DNA of 64,000 nt from Octopus sinensis (GCF_006345805.1 NC_043026.1:12007579-12071578); one strand, 5' to 3'; positions 36,301 to 46,948 are shown, counted from the stretch's first letter. Translations and numbers: made by a program. The notes: a model not told the origin generated them from the sequence alone.

Positions 36301-38470
36301 TAGACACAATGTCTCCATCTTTAGAAACATATAACAAGTGGTCATTATCAAAGTTGGACAACACAAACTGCCCACTTGGGAGCCAGCACATTTTGGCAAT
36401 GAGTATTTTGTTATTCTTATTTTCTTCAAGCCGAATATCTAGATTTTTGATGTAAGGGTTTTTGATCTGTATATTACAACTGGACCAGTCAGAGTATTTA
36501 TAAAGAAGCATTCTGCTGTGTATAACATCCACTACGTATACAGTTCCTTGGAAAACATCAATGTGAAAGTAAGGAGTTGAAGGCAGTTTCAATTTCCATT
36601 TACTTTCTCCAGTTATGTTGTAGCATACTATCAGAGACTCTCTCCTGAAGACAACATAGAAGTAAAATTTGTCAGTGTAGATATGATGAGGGCTGGAGTA
36701 AAAATCAAGGCGTTTCACAAAAAGTTCTTCACCAGAGCTTGTATAAAACACCAGCGTATTTTCTCTCTTGTCTGCTACTACAAAATTGATTGGAGTTGCT
36801 GCAATGATGACATCTTCATGTTTAAGTGAAATTTTGTCTACGATGTCAATTTTGTTCTCTGTAATCAATACGATATGTGCCTCTACTTCAGTGCTCAGAG
36901 CCAAGTACTTATTTGATACCATATGACATATTTGAATGTAATCAGCATCGATGTCTATAAAGTGACCTTCAGTTAGTTCAGGGCATGCAATATACTGAAG
37001 TTTCCTATCTTCTCCATACAGAACAAGAAATCTGTTTGAATCAGTTCGGCAGATGGCAGAAGGTTGGTATTTAGACGTTAATGTACTTCTGCAAATGACT
37101 TGCCCATTATCACTAAGTAATTTAGCTTCTTGACTCCTATATAGAAGTAATATAGAAGAGGCTGACACAGGCAGAATATTTTGAATCTCACAGGGGTCAT
37201 CAATATGAATTTGGTTTTTCACAGTTGGTGTATGAAATTGTTGGCAATAAGTCATGCTTGGCCAAAAGTTATTATTTGTCTTAAGAGTATATGCAATGCC
37301 TGAGAAATCAAGCAGGAAAATAGCATTTGTGACACAACAAATATATCGAGCTTTTATCGCAATTTTTCTCTGTGACACTCCACCCTTAGATGAAATCCTG
37401 TAGATGACATTTCCTTGCAGAACGTAAAAATAATTGTGAAAAACTGAGATACTAGTTGGAATATCTGTTGAGTGTGTATATACTTGAAATAACTGTCTGC
37501 CATCAAGACTGCAGCAGACAACTTTATTTATATTAGCAAATGCTAATAAGAGGTGATTCTGAGGTCCTACTATGATACTTGTAGGCCTCTCTTCTAGGGC
37601 AGTTATTTTTTCAACTGTATCATTGGCCCAGTCCACAAGATAGATCGTCTTGCCAAACAGTTCCAGCCCTACAAATTTACAATGTTGCAAATAAGAAATC
37701 TTATCGAAACCATAATCCAGAGATATCATTTCCCAACTTGAGGGGTTAAAAATGATTAGTTTTTGCCTAAATGGCAATGTGGCCAGAACAGTCTCTTCAC
37801 CGATTCTTGTAATGTCTATGATGGGTGACGGACAGTGGACTGTGTTACTTCTACCATCAGTTGTGTTACAACGTAGAGTCATCAAATATGGTGAGTAGGT
37901 CACTATTCCATGATAGATTGTGGCAATATTTGATATTATATTTGGGGTGTCTTCATCAGATTCCTCAAACTCCAATTTTCGTGGCACAACTTCAGAAGAA
38001 GAAACGGAATGGAATTTTGTGACTGGCTTTGGTAATGTAATGGCCTTATGCTTGTAGGGATTGCTGTTAGTGTAAATGTCAAACAGCCGTTCACGAAACC
38101 AAGGAAGATTCTGAAGAATCATGTCGTTGTTTTGTTTAGTATATTTCCGAAAGATTTTCATTTCACGCGCGACATTTCTTAAAAACTGACGTTTGTCTAA
38201 CCCCATGAGTTCTATGTCGTTGCCCTTCTCATTCACAAGGTCCACAAACATTTGGATGTGGTTACCTTTCATTATTGTTTGACCACATGTGATTAAGTAA
38301 AAAATTTTCTGCATTTCCTGTTCTTCCTCAGCCTTCTTCCTGCTCTTTTCATTATATACTTTGGCAATAATTGACACTTCGTTATAATTTTTAGCACTGG
38401 ATAGTAAATCATTATTTGATTTGGCGGGATTGTCAAGAGCCAGAATTGGGTTTTCTTCAACCTTCGACAT
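33317..38470 (-). CDS. Uncharacterised 1717-aa protein in one uninterrupted ORF: helical N-terminal region plus six tandem predicted beta-propeller (NHL-like) modules
   Basis: A 5154-bp stop-free frame in AT-rich DNA cannot be chance. The recurring module motif D/N-G-x-L/V...P/A-x-D/A-I-C-R-W...V-T-L-P starts at aa ~178, 427, 690, 977, 1254 and 1470. The fold assignment is an inference. Confidence 0.88.
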   Translation of the reverse strand: MSKVEENPILALDNPAKSNNDLLSSAKNYNEVSIIAKVYNEKSRKKAEEEQEMQKIFYLITCGQTIMKGNHIQMFVDLVNEKGNDIELMGLDKRQFLRNVAREMKIFRKYTKQNNDMILQNLPWFRERLFDIYTNSNPYKHKAITLPKPVTKFHSVSSSEVVPRKLEFEESDEDTPNIISNIATIYHGIVTYSPYLMTLRCNTTDGRSNTVHCPSPIIDITRIGEETVLATLPFRQKLIIFNPSSWEMISLDYGFDKISYLQHCKFVGLELFGKTIYLVDWANDTVEKITALEERPTSIIVGPQNHLLLAFANINKVVCCSLDGRQLFQVYTHSTDIPTSISVFHNYFYVLQGNVIYRISSKGGVSQRKIAIKARYICCVTNAIFLLDFSGIAYTLKTNNNFWPSMTYCQQFHTPTVKNQIHIDDPCEIQNILPVSASSILLLYRSQEAKLLSDNGQVICRSTLTSKYQPSAICRTDSNRFLVLYGEDRKLQYIACPELTEGHFIDIDADYIQICHMVSNKYLALSTEVEAHIVLITENKIDIVDKISLKHEDVIIAATPINFVVADKRENTLVFYTSSGEELFVKRLDFYSSPHHIYTDKFYFYVVFRRESLIVCYNITGESKWKLKLPSTPYFHIDVFQGTVYVVDVIHSRMLLYKYSDWSSCNIQIKNPYIKNLDIRLEENKNNKILIAKMCWLPSGQFVLSNFDNDHLLYVSKDGDIVSRLSLPSTATDICRWDCNHIGVTLPLEKQLWVIGNLSKRIRTLSLSQPYTSVRKLGEGHIACACDKPSRLDIVSIQSHNQGEITSTINIPFIKSLVIENETQSVLVVTKKKVFLYKPVTGKKRRRRNSSSSSCSSSSSSHSSSCNSNNSGSKLVPTLLLPHIRPPPNLYGGYIDNIFVYLIDNTSMFAINDYNLVVRDYITNNQLNMHIDLVDVFSRNICVSEMLSSKLHMQDHTVSDKARHISTPRSVGDNEYTVITGCSVITDNNLIILYDNVNSNIKILTFDGQLLDSIKLDIFPRYMCRWQSNTLVITTGDEYQLLTLKVEFPLSLVTYQAENEYSCIASLSDNLLVCCGNTDGEKYLLIIKIDEIQSTVCEMNKIEIDITKIFGRNYDDEICGIAVTAEDVIIFISDHYIVFVKRNGELLRVVQHHMYVKANYLTIDDAYLYIYGWWDKENDFQRSRIMCLLQTGKYKRLFLSKRHYKRGINFSSINCNGPRFVGNTENRLYVEGSFKLNRERFSICQLQTDLYPVEVKDLDISVDGQTVVCEKANIGGVKTSDRDGELVCYRDLGTLVGGVCYTGERDIMVTIPNRKEIFRLKQQDLVNYKVWQSEIPFGVICRKAENTYWCVHINLTEYYTVEIDGDQLNILECMSLKLDSGLHFPPITPYMNNEIFSNESINTLKRSKGDEGEKSRKIIDKGRLKVRCGNYIAETTLGSNEILVKRMPYRTAMFPLSTPTGIELDYNRDRFTKLIMLPDNFAVIIQSPTLIVANTTGELFHHTVLDKHAQDICRWTDDCFIVLFQENKQLMFFKRDLSCLKTINITKDYEMIYKKNNNQLVCGGYTLDKRSGWKFYYVDVVNILDETCEYSHEIWSRGTELKKICVTSSEDIIIVVKERWKYAVVHWYREGLVWSLEIRLNLYDERIHLSTHGEYMYITDKYDNIYQIARDGEQQLFLSTDDSEIHTVLGFDVSANFIMIFGPVSGSQSYCFLHYER

Positions 38471-38934
38471 TTTCTCAACTTTGATGTCTTAACTCTTCCT
38501 TATATATACTTATGCATGTGCGTATGTGTGTGCTTGCAAGCGTTTATTGGTGGCTGCCTTAAAACCATTAAATCCAAGAGGTCCGTGAGATTGAGATGTC
38601 TTTTGTGTCTCAGTTTTCCTTTGGAGAGAAATTTGCTTACTTCTCAATTTACCGATTTCACACCAGAACTGAAATGAAATTTAAAATAAAATTAAAGCAT
38701 TTATTAGTTTTTTGGGTTTTTTTTAAACCATAGGTGTAGGTGTGTCAGTGTGATAAGAAATTAGCTTCCCGAAAATAACCTTCAAAGGTAATAATTATTA
38801 AAATTATAAATTAGGGTATCACCATGCTGAAAATAGCAGCCATGATCTGACTCTAAAACCACCTTAATTGTCCATATCGCAACACGGAGAGAAAACAAAG
38901 AGACAAGATGAAACTAGGAAAAAATTACTGGATA

Positions 38935-38993
38935 ATTCTAGATCCCGGATTTCTGACTTTGCATTTAGGAATGCTTTGCCTCATCAGTAGAAT
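38935..38993 (-). ncRNA. Candidate type I hammerhead ribozyme (Penelope-type, minimal stem III)
   Basis: Minus strand: ATTCTA-CTGATGA-GGC AAA GCATT CCTA AATGC AAA GTC-A-GAAA-TCCGGGA-TC-TAGAAT. Stem I is a perfect 6 bp and both core boxes are intact. There is one extra A before GAAA. Confidence 0.65.
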
Positions 38994-39054
38994 ACACACA
39001 GAAGAGAAACATAAATACATATATATATAAGCACAACATATGAATTCTTACATA

Positions 39055-39855
39055 TACAACCTGAAGAAAATTCTAACTGGGCCCCACCTGCAAGGTCTTA
39101 TGCTGTTTGTCTTGATATGAGGTCACCATGGTTGTTATGTATGTGCCTGATGTACTCTTATCAGAAGGGTAGTAATGACAGGTATATTAGGTTTCCTATA
39201 TTTTATCCTAGGGTCACTTTGAAGCCATGTACTGCTCTCTCACTCAATGTCTTACAAACTTTAATAATAATAATGCCCTGACGCAGTACCAGGCAGTGGC
39301 TCTCATGGCTTCTGATCTTAACTGATTGGAAGTGTTATCATGTACGTTGTTTTGTCTTGGTATAAAAGATGGGCTACAGCAAATATTCTGCTCAATACCA
39401 CAGATTTGCTTGTCAGTTGTTTGACCTTAACCAGTTGAGCATGTCCCTTAGTGGCTGACGATATGTGCATCTCTGATCACGAGCAGAAGTAGTGGGGGAG
39501 CATCATAGCCATGTGTTGAGAGGAATTCTTTGGGGTTTGAATAATTCACCTCTGGAAACATGGGCGGTTCTTTCAACATCCTTAAACAACCCTTATTCAG
39601 GGACCTTTTGAGCGGGATGGGCTACTCAACCTGAAGAAAATTCTAACTGGGCCCCACCTGCAAGGTCATGTGCTATTTATCTTGATATGAGATCACCATG
39701 TCGTGCACATATGGTTGTGATGCATGTGCCTGGTGTACCCTTATCAGACGGGTAGTCATGATGGGTATATTGGGCTTCGTATATTTTACCCCAGTGTCAC
39801 TTTGATGGCATGAACTGCTCTCTCACTCAATAATAATAATAATAATAATGATAAT
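39055..39855 (+). mobile_element. Retroelement 3' region with (AAT)n tail: partial copy (39055-39272) followed by a longer copy
   Basis: AACCTGAAGAAAATTCTAACTGGGCCCCACCTGCAAGGTC...CTGCTCTCTCACTCAAT occurs twice, each followed by (AAT)n. A further fragment lies at ~49915-49975. Confidence 0.65.
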
Positions 39856-39862
39856 AATAATA

Positions 39863-40953
39863 ATGTATATTTCTTTACTACCTACAAGGGGCTAAACACA
39901 GAGGAGACAAACAAGGACAGACAAAGGATGAAAACAAAGTCGACCATGGCGATATTTGAACTCAGAACGTAACGGCAGACGAAATACCTATTTCTTTACT
40001 ACCCACAAGGGGCTAAACACAGAGAGGACAAACAAGGACAGACAAACGGATTAAGTCGATTGCATCGACCCCAGTGCGTAACTGGTACTTATTTTATCGA
40101 ACCCGGAAGGATGAAAGCAAAGTCGACCATGGCGATATTTGAACTCAGAACGTAACGGCAGACGAAATACCTATTTCTTTACTACCCACAAGGGGCTAAA
40201 CACAGAGAGGACAAACAAGGACAGACAAACGGATTAAGTCGATTGCATCGACCCCCAGTGCGTAACTGGTACTTATTTTATCGAACCCGGAAGGATGAAA
40301 GCAAAGTCGACCTCGGCGATATTTGAACTCAGAACGTAACGGCAGACGTAATACCTATTTCTTTACTACCCACAAGGGGCTAAACATAGAGGGGACAAAC
40401 AAGGACAGACATAGGTATTAAGTCGATTGCATCGACCCCAGTGCGTAACTGGTACTTAATTTATCGAACCCGGAAGGATGAAAGCAAAGTCGACCTCGGC
40501 GATATTTGAACTCAGAACGTAACAGCAGACGTAATACCTATTTCTTTACTACCCACAAGGGGCTAAACATAGAGAGGACAAACAAGGACAGACAAACGGA
40601 TTAAGTCAATTGCATCGACCCCAGTGCGTAACTGGTACTTATTTTATCGAACCCGGAAGGATGAAAGCAAAGTCGACCTTGGCGATATTTGAACTTAGAA
40701 CGTAACGGCAGACGTAATACCTATTTCTTTACTACCCACAAGGGGCTAAACATAGAGGGGACAAACAAGGACAGACAAAGGTATTAAGTCGATTGCATCA
40801 ACCCCAGTGCGTAACTGGTACTTAATTTATCGACCCCGAAAGGATGAAAAGCAAAGTCGACCTCGGCGGAATTTGAACTCACAACGTAACGGCTGACGAA
40901 ATACTGCTAAGCATTTCGCCCGACATGCTAACGCTTTTGTCAGCTAGCCGCCT
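39863..40953 (-). mobile_element. SINE B array, about six units of ~177-185 bp, head only at the right end
   Basis: Recurrent GAAATACC/GTAATACC-TATTTCTTTACTACCCACAAGGGGC junctions. Private variants (GGCGATATTTGAAC, CCCGGAAGG) are shared among units. Confidence 0.88.
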
Positions 40954-41639
40954 TTTTGTTGCATAGAAATCGCTGTCGGAAAATAAAGCAAAATTCAAAT
41001 TAAAGTTGTATGTGTAACTCTAATAAATACTCAACATTTTAAATATGATAGTGCTTATTTGTTAATTAAAATAATTATAACGATACTTACTAGAATCGAT
41101 GTGTGGATTTAGATTTCAAACTGAGAAGTCTTTAATTTTCAGCAACCGCATTCGGAGTTTGGACCAGTTGTGCATTTGTAATGAAACTACTGTTTGCAGA
41201 CAGACTATTTATAGAGCAGGATGGAATATATATACTTCTAGCCATCAGCTTTAGAATTACATGCGTGCGTGCGTTTTGTATATTCGTAAGTAGTGTGTTA
41301 CTTAAGCTCTCAGTTGCTTGTGGTTCTTATCGCTTAGATATGATTCATATTACTTAGATATGTGACCTGAGGCCATTTACAAACCAGTTACTTACTGCAT
41401 GCAACTATATATGGGCTTGCGAAGGAGTGGACGTGCGTAAATTTCTTTGGTAGAGCAAATAATTCTTGGAAATTATGCCTAGAGGGGTGGATCAAAAGAA
41501 AATGGGACGACATTTCGTTGTCAGAAAGGCCATTTTAAAAACTGATTTATTGAGGTGTTTGCCCTTAAATGGAACAAAGAAGTTTTAATTTCCATTCTTA
41601 TTTGCAGGTGCTGCTGACAATGCGTCGGATCTGCAAGAG

Positions 41640-42126
41640 AGGGGGGAGGGCGAGAGGGCGAGAGAGAGAGAGAGAGAGGATCAGTCAAACACACATTCTC
41701 TCTCATGCATACATACCCGCATACATACATGCATATATATAGACATACACACAGGCACACGAATAAACAGTCATACAAACACACACACACACACACAGAG
41801 GAACGTACAGAGATACACATACAGTCACCTACACGCACATAAACCGTCGAAGTAGTAGACAGACAGACACACGAATGATGGACACACACGCACACACATA
41901 GACAGTCGGAGAGACAGACACATGCACACACAGATAAACGGTTGAAAGTAAACTTTGGGCTTATTCTTTGTACGCCTAATACCTTCTTTACAAAAGGAAA
42001 ATTGTTTATTTCTATCTTTCTCTTTGTAATGAAGTAATGCTTTTATTAATCAATTATAATAAGAGATTAAAAGACTCACACGAAGTGGTCGCAATGAATT
42101 GACACGTATGCATCTTTGTTACTCAA

Positions 42127-42205
<79 letters not shown>
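41640..42205. repeat. Compound (GA)n/(CA)n/(CT)n/(TA)n microsatellite region
   Basis: Directly visible simple repeats. Confidence 0.9.
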
Positions 42206-42210
<5 letters not shown>

Positions 42211-42489
42211 AATTAGAGACAAAACCACTATTACGCAAATCAAACAAAGAAAGACTTAATCCAATACATAAATTAATTTATATAATTTAGAAATTTAACA
42301 ATTATTAATATCCACTACGATCGTTTCATGTCTTCTTTTCATCACAACTTTGAGTAGTAGACATTCTTCAGGTGGTTTCAAATAATTGTCTCTAATTTAT
42401 ATAATATAATATTTTACTATAAATTGGATTCAATCCTAAATCTGATTTTTCCCTGTAAGTTTGGATTTATTCCCTAATATTTATTATTA

Positions 42490-42526
<37 letters not shown>

Positions 42527-42565
42527 TCTTTGTTACTCAATTATATATATATATCTATATATATA

Positions 42566-43432
42566 TCAGTTTCTTTTTGCCGAACCGCTAAGTAACGGGG
42601 ACGTAAACACACTAGCATCGGTTGTCAAGCAATGCTAGGGCGACAAACACACATACATATATATATATATATATAAATATTACATTATATAAAAGGGCTT
42701 AGTAAAATAAATTACTTTGCCGCATACTGAACTCATTAGAAATAGCAGCTAAAAAAACTTTTCTAGAACTATTTCCAATACTTAAAGAAAACCTCTCTCA
42801 TATAGTGCTTGCTCAATTCAACCCACGAAAGTATGTGGGTAGAGACATTAAAAAAATCAAATGCAAAGGTTATTTGAGAACGTACGTTTCAAGATTAGTC
42901 AACTCGACATTTCTATCATCAGCTCAGAACTCCCTGGTTTGGATTTGAAAACACTGAAAGTGGGAGCATACCCTTTCGGCTTGTTATCGCTTCTGAAGAT
43001 CCGCTCGAAACTAACAGTGTCAGCAAATTCAAATATGCAAGCGAAGAATTTCTGCTCTCCCCTTTTCTTTAAGTATTGGAAATAGTTCTAGAAAAGTTTT
43101 TTTAGCTGCTATTTCTAATGAGTTCAGTATGCGGCAAAGTAATTTATTTTACTAAGCCCTTTTATATAATGTAATAATTTGAATTCGCCTTAAATGGTCC
43201 CTTTGCATACTGAATACTTGGTGAAATTGATTAATTAATTAATTTTACCCTCAATTGTTAAAATTATATATATAAATATATACGACAGGCTTCTTTCAGA
43301 TTCCGTCTAACAAATCCACTCACAAGGCATTGGTCAGCCCGGGGCTATAGCAGAAGACACCTGCCCAAGATGCCACGCAGTGGGACTGAACCCGGAACCA
43401 TGTGGTTGGTTAGCAAGCTACTTACCACACAG
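42566..43432 (-). mobile_element. SINE A interrupted in its internal microsatellite by a TIR element
   Basis: 3'-half piece at 42566-42660 and 5' half at 43281-43432. Confidence 0.75.
42678..43176. mobile_element. ~500-bp MITE with ~110-bp terminal inverted repeats
   Basis: TATTACATTATATAAAAGGGCTTAGTAAAATAAATTACTTTGCCGCATACTGAACTCATTAG...CTTAAAGAAA is mirrored at ~43065-43176. Confidence 0.85.
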
Positions 43433-43959
43433 CAATATATATTGTTATATTTCGGAATGGTCATTATGCCAATTTAGCCAATAAAAAACACGCACTATAT
43501 ATTTGGTTTTATTTTGCTTCAGTGTTATCTATTTTTTACATTAATCTTAATCTTATTTCGGCCAGAGTTCGTTCGTCACACTCCTGTGACCGCATCAGTG
43601 GTCCTTTGTTTTCTTCTTTCTTATTTGTGTGTCTCTCCTTACTAACCGTCAGCCATTTTGTATTTCTATTGTATGTCTTCATTTGCGCATGCTTATATCT
43701 CTATGTGCGTCTATGTTTATTTAGTGTGTGTATGTGGGGGGATGCCTGTAATATTTGTATCTTCTGTTTATATATGTTCATGTAATTTGTATTTTGTATT
43801 TTGTTTTTGTTGTTTTTGTTTATTCTTATTTTGTTCATGTGTTTACATCCACTTATTATTATCATTACATATGCTTGTATGTATGTATGTATAACAACAA
43901 TACTAGTAATAACAATAATAAATCGAATCGAAATATATATATATATATATATATATATA

Positions 43960-44356
43960 TCTTTATATATAAAAGTAAGGTTGTGTGTCTGTCTCCTACG
44001 ATTTAGAGTCCTAACTACTCCCACATTTTGCAGTGCAGTTTAACCAAAACCGGGTATCTTATAGTCGTGATTCATATCGAGCCCTTCTGGGTATTAGCGT
44101 GCGTCTACGATGAGTCTACGATTTTTAAAATAATTTACCATCATATTTTTCCATTTTAATGCATTTTTTAGCTTTTATATAGGGGAAGTAACTCTCTAAA
44201 AATATCTACGATGTGTCAACGATTTAAAAAAAATTTACCATAATTTCTTTTCCATTTTTAATGCATTTTTTTTGCTATTTTTTGGCTATAACTCTCTAAA
44301 AATGCTTATATAGTTATTTCCCTTACAATCCGAGCAACGCCGGGCGATACTGCTAG
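43960..44356 (+). mobile_element. Non-autonomous Helitron (A|TC ... hairpin CTAG|T)
   Basis: Begins TCTTTATATATAAAAG and ends CCGAGCAACGCCGGGCGATACTGCTAG, between A and T. Confidence 0.85.
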
Positions 44357-44376
44357 TATATATATATATATATATA

Positions 44377-44770
44377 CTAGCAGTATCGCCCGGCGTTGCT
44401 CGGGTTGTAAGGGAAATAACTATATAAGCATTTTTAGAGAGTTATAGCCAAAAAATAGCAAAAAAAATGCATTAAAAATGGAAAAGAAATTATGGTAAAC
44501 TTTTTTTAAATCGTTGACACATCGTAGATATTTTTAGAGAGTTACTTCCCTTATATAAAAGCGAAAAAATGCATTAAAATGGAAAAATATGATGGTAAAT
44601 TTTTTTTAAATCGTAGACTCATCGTAGACGCGCGCTAATACCCAGAAGGGCTCGATATGAATCACGACTATAAGATACCCGCTTTTGGTTAAACTGCACC
44701 GCAAAATGTGGGAGTAATTACGAATGTAAATCGAAGGGGACAGACACACAACTTCACTCTTATATAAAGA
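44377..44770 (-). mobile_element. Non-autonomous Helitron of the same family, tail-to-tail with the previous copy
   Basis: CTAG at 44377-44380 and TC start at 44770 on the minus strand. Confidence 0.85.
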
Positions 44771-45573
44771 TGCTTTTTTTTTCAGTCATAGAGTTAGATT
44801 TATGAAGGTCTTCAGTAGAAAATCCTTCGAATTCTGACTCGCTGCTTGATATAATGAAATTCGTATCCATTTTTTGTCAGAATTACAAATTTTGAAAACA
44901 CAATAGGAACAAATTTCGGAAAAAAATCTCCCATAATTCACGGAATTAAAATTACACTTCGATTTTTGTACAAAACTGTATTTGAAGTGTTTACAAAGTA
45001 TAATACGTGTTTTCACGAATGTACTAAAGAGATTTACTCTGATATTCTCATTTAAATATGAATAGGTAAATTCGGGCGGTTTGGTAACGAAAGGGTTTAT
45101 ATAAGTGTCGTCTGTTTATACATAAACACTGTTTCATAGTTTCAGTTTAGTCTTCCTCAAATCACTGTTGCTAATTTACTCTCTTCCAAGAACATTTTCA
45201 CTCACTGTTATCTGTTAGCTTCCCATACATTTTACTCATGTATCTATCAGCGTGATAGACAGAAACAAATATTACATTTACTTTCATTTTATTCGTTGCC
45301 CACTGTGTGTGTGCGTTTGCGTGTGGTGTAAACCAGACTAAGAAAAGCATTTGACACACACACCAGAATGTGAGTTTTCTGTAAATTTTGCTTAATTGGA
45401 GTTTAAATTTTAAAAACTGGACCTGGCATGACGCGATGCATTGTACTCTTAAAACTGCTAGGTAAATTGTAATTGAAGAAATCCTATATTGTAGATTTGT
45501 ATAACTCCCAAAGGGAGGCAGATAAAATCTGCCTTTTATAATAAGAGATATATATATAGTTATTTATTTCTAT

Positions 45574-46240
45574 TTGTTTATTTATCTGTGTATTTATTAT
45601 GTTTTCGGGATCCTCTATCGTCATATGTTGTGGTGTGCGCTAGTGCTCCATTCTAGTTTTCTATTCAGGCTAGGTTTATTTTCTATTATGTGTGTAGCTT
45701 CTGTAATTTGTCTAATTGTTGCATCTGTTCTATGTGTGGACAATATTCTAATTTCTATGTTATTGATTGATCCCCCGTGTTCCTGTTCGGCGTGTTGGTA
45801 CAGAATCGATGAGCTTTTACCTTCCTTGAGTTGTCTCCAATGTACATTTACCCGCTCTCCTATGCTTCTTGCTGTTTCCCCTACGTATGTCGTTGTCTTG
45901 TTACTGCATCGTCCCTCTATACATCTTATACTATAGACTACATTTCTGGCTTTACAGTTTGTTTGTGGGCTAAATCTACATACAGTACAGTACTTATCCG
46001 TACAGGGGATGCTACTAAAAGGATAGGTTCTACCAATTATAGATTTGATAGGGTTGCCTGGCTTTTCAACAACCTTAATTCTTAGCTTAAGTTTGTCTAG
46101 GGTCCTTCTAAAGCGGTACGCCAGTTCACCTCCAGGGGTGGTGTCAACGAACATGACATTCTGGTATTTATGGCTATCATACCAAGAGTTGGCCTTCCCT
46201 ATTTTCTTTTTTGTCCTTTCTATAGTGTTCCATATATATT
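45574..46240 (-). mobile_element. 5'-truncated Penelope-like retroelement: GIY-YIG endonuclease region
   Basis: ORF 45621-46154 has FVDTTPGGEL, CxxxxCxxC, NCKARNVVYSIRC...C...YVGETARSIGERVNVH and RQITEATHI...LNRKLEW. The frame extends upstream as WNTIERTKKKIGKANSWY. No RT core remains. Confidence 0.85.
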
Positions 46241-46436
46241 CAGCAAAAACAATTAAGATTCAAGTGAATTCCACATAGACACAGGCTCTAGGATGTCTGG
46301 AAAACATGTATGTGATTTAGCTGATGAATACTGGACATTTGTATTTGCTGCAATACTTACAGCTTTAAATAAAATTGTTCTTGGTATGAAACAATTGTAC
46401 TAGGCTACTAATCCATTCTTGTTGCTTTCTTCTTGG

Positions 46437-46479
<43 letters not shown>

Positions 46480-46480
<1 letters not shown>

Positions 46481-46948
46481 TAGCAGTATCGCCCGGTGTT
46501 GCTTGGGTTTGTTTCGACCCGCTGGAATTGGAATTTTTGAAAAGTAAAAATTTTGCATTTTGTACCTTGTTATTCTCTTCAAGTGAACATTTTTGTGGTT
46601 GAAATACACCGAAAAGTGGCGACACTGCAGTGAAAAAATCGTAAAAAAAAAGGGATTTTCATAGAAAAAAGCACCTTTTTGATGTAAATAATTTTTGGTG
46701 TTAACATGGTCCGATTTGAATTTTATCTTCTACGGAAGGAAGAGCAACCCTTCTATCATACTTTCAATTTTGGTCAACTTGCGCCACAGGGTCTCAGAGG
46801 AAATTGAAAAAACTTTATATGCCATGACCCAATCGAATCTACTTGTAAAAATCGTAGGTAAATTCCAATTGAAGAAATTCTATATTGTAGAATTGTATTA
46901 AAAAGGAACATGGGAACAGGCAGAGAAAATCTGCCTTTTATCATAAGA
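46480..46948 (-). mobile_element. Non-autonomous Helitron, third family
   Basis: CTAGCAGTATCGCCCGG 3' terminus after (TA)n. The 5' end near ...TTTTATCATAAGA is shared with a fragment at ~45455-45549. Confidence 0.7.

Noticed and set aside
41070-41660. Possible upstream non-coding exon(s) of the 1717-aa gene (GTAAGT donor-like site near 41090 on the minus strand)
   Set aside because: Splice-site hexamers are common in AT-rich DNA, so this is unsupported without transcript data.
41521-44043. Several 60-136-aa ORFs rich in CV/YI/SL dipeptides
   Set aside because: Translations of (CA)n, (TA)n and (GA)n microsatellites and AT-rich sequence.
46318-46360. CTGATGA followed by a small hairpin near the Penelope fragment
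   Set aside because: No GAAA core follows.
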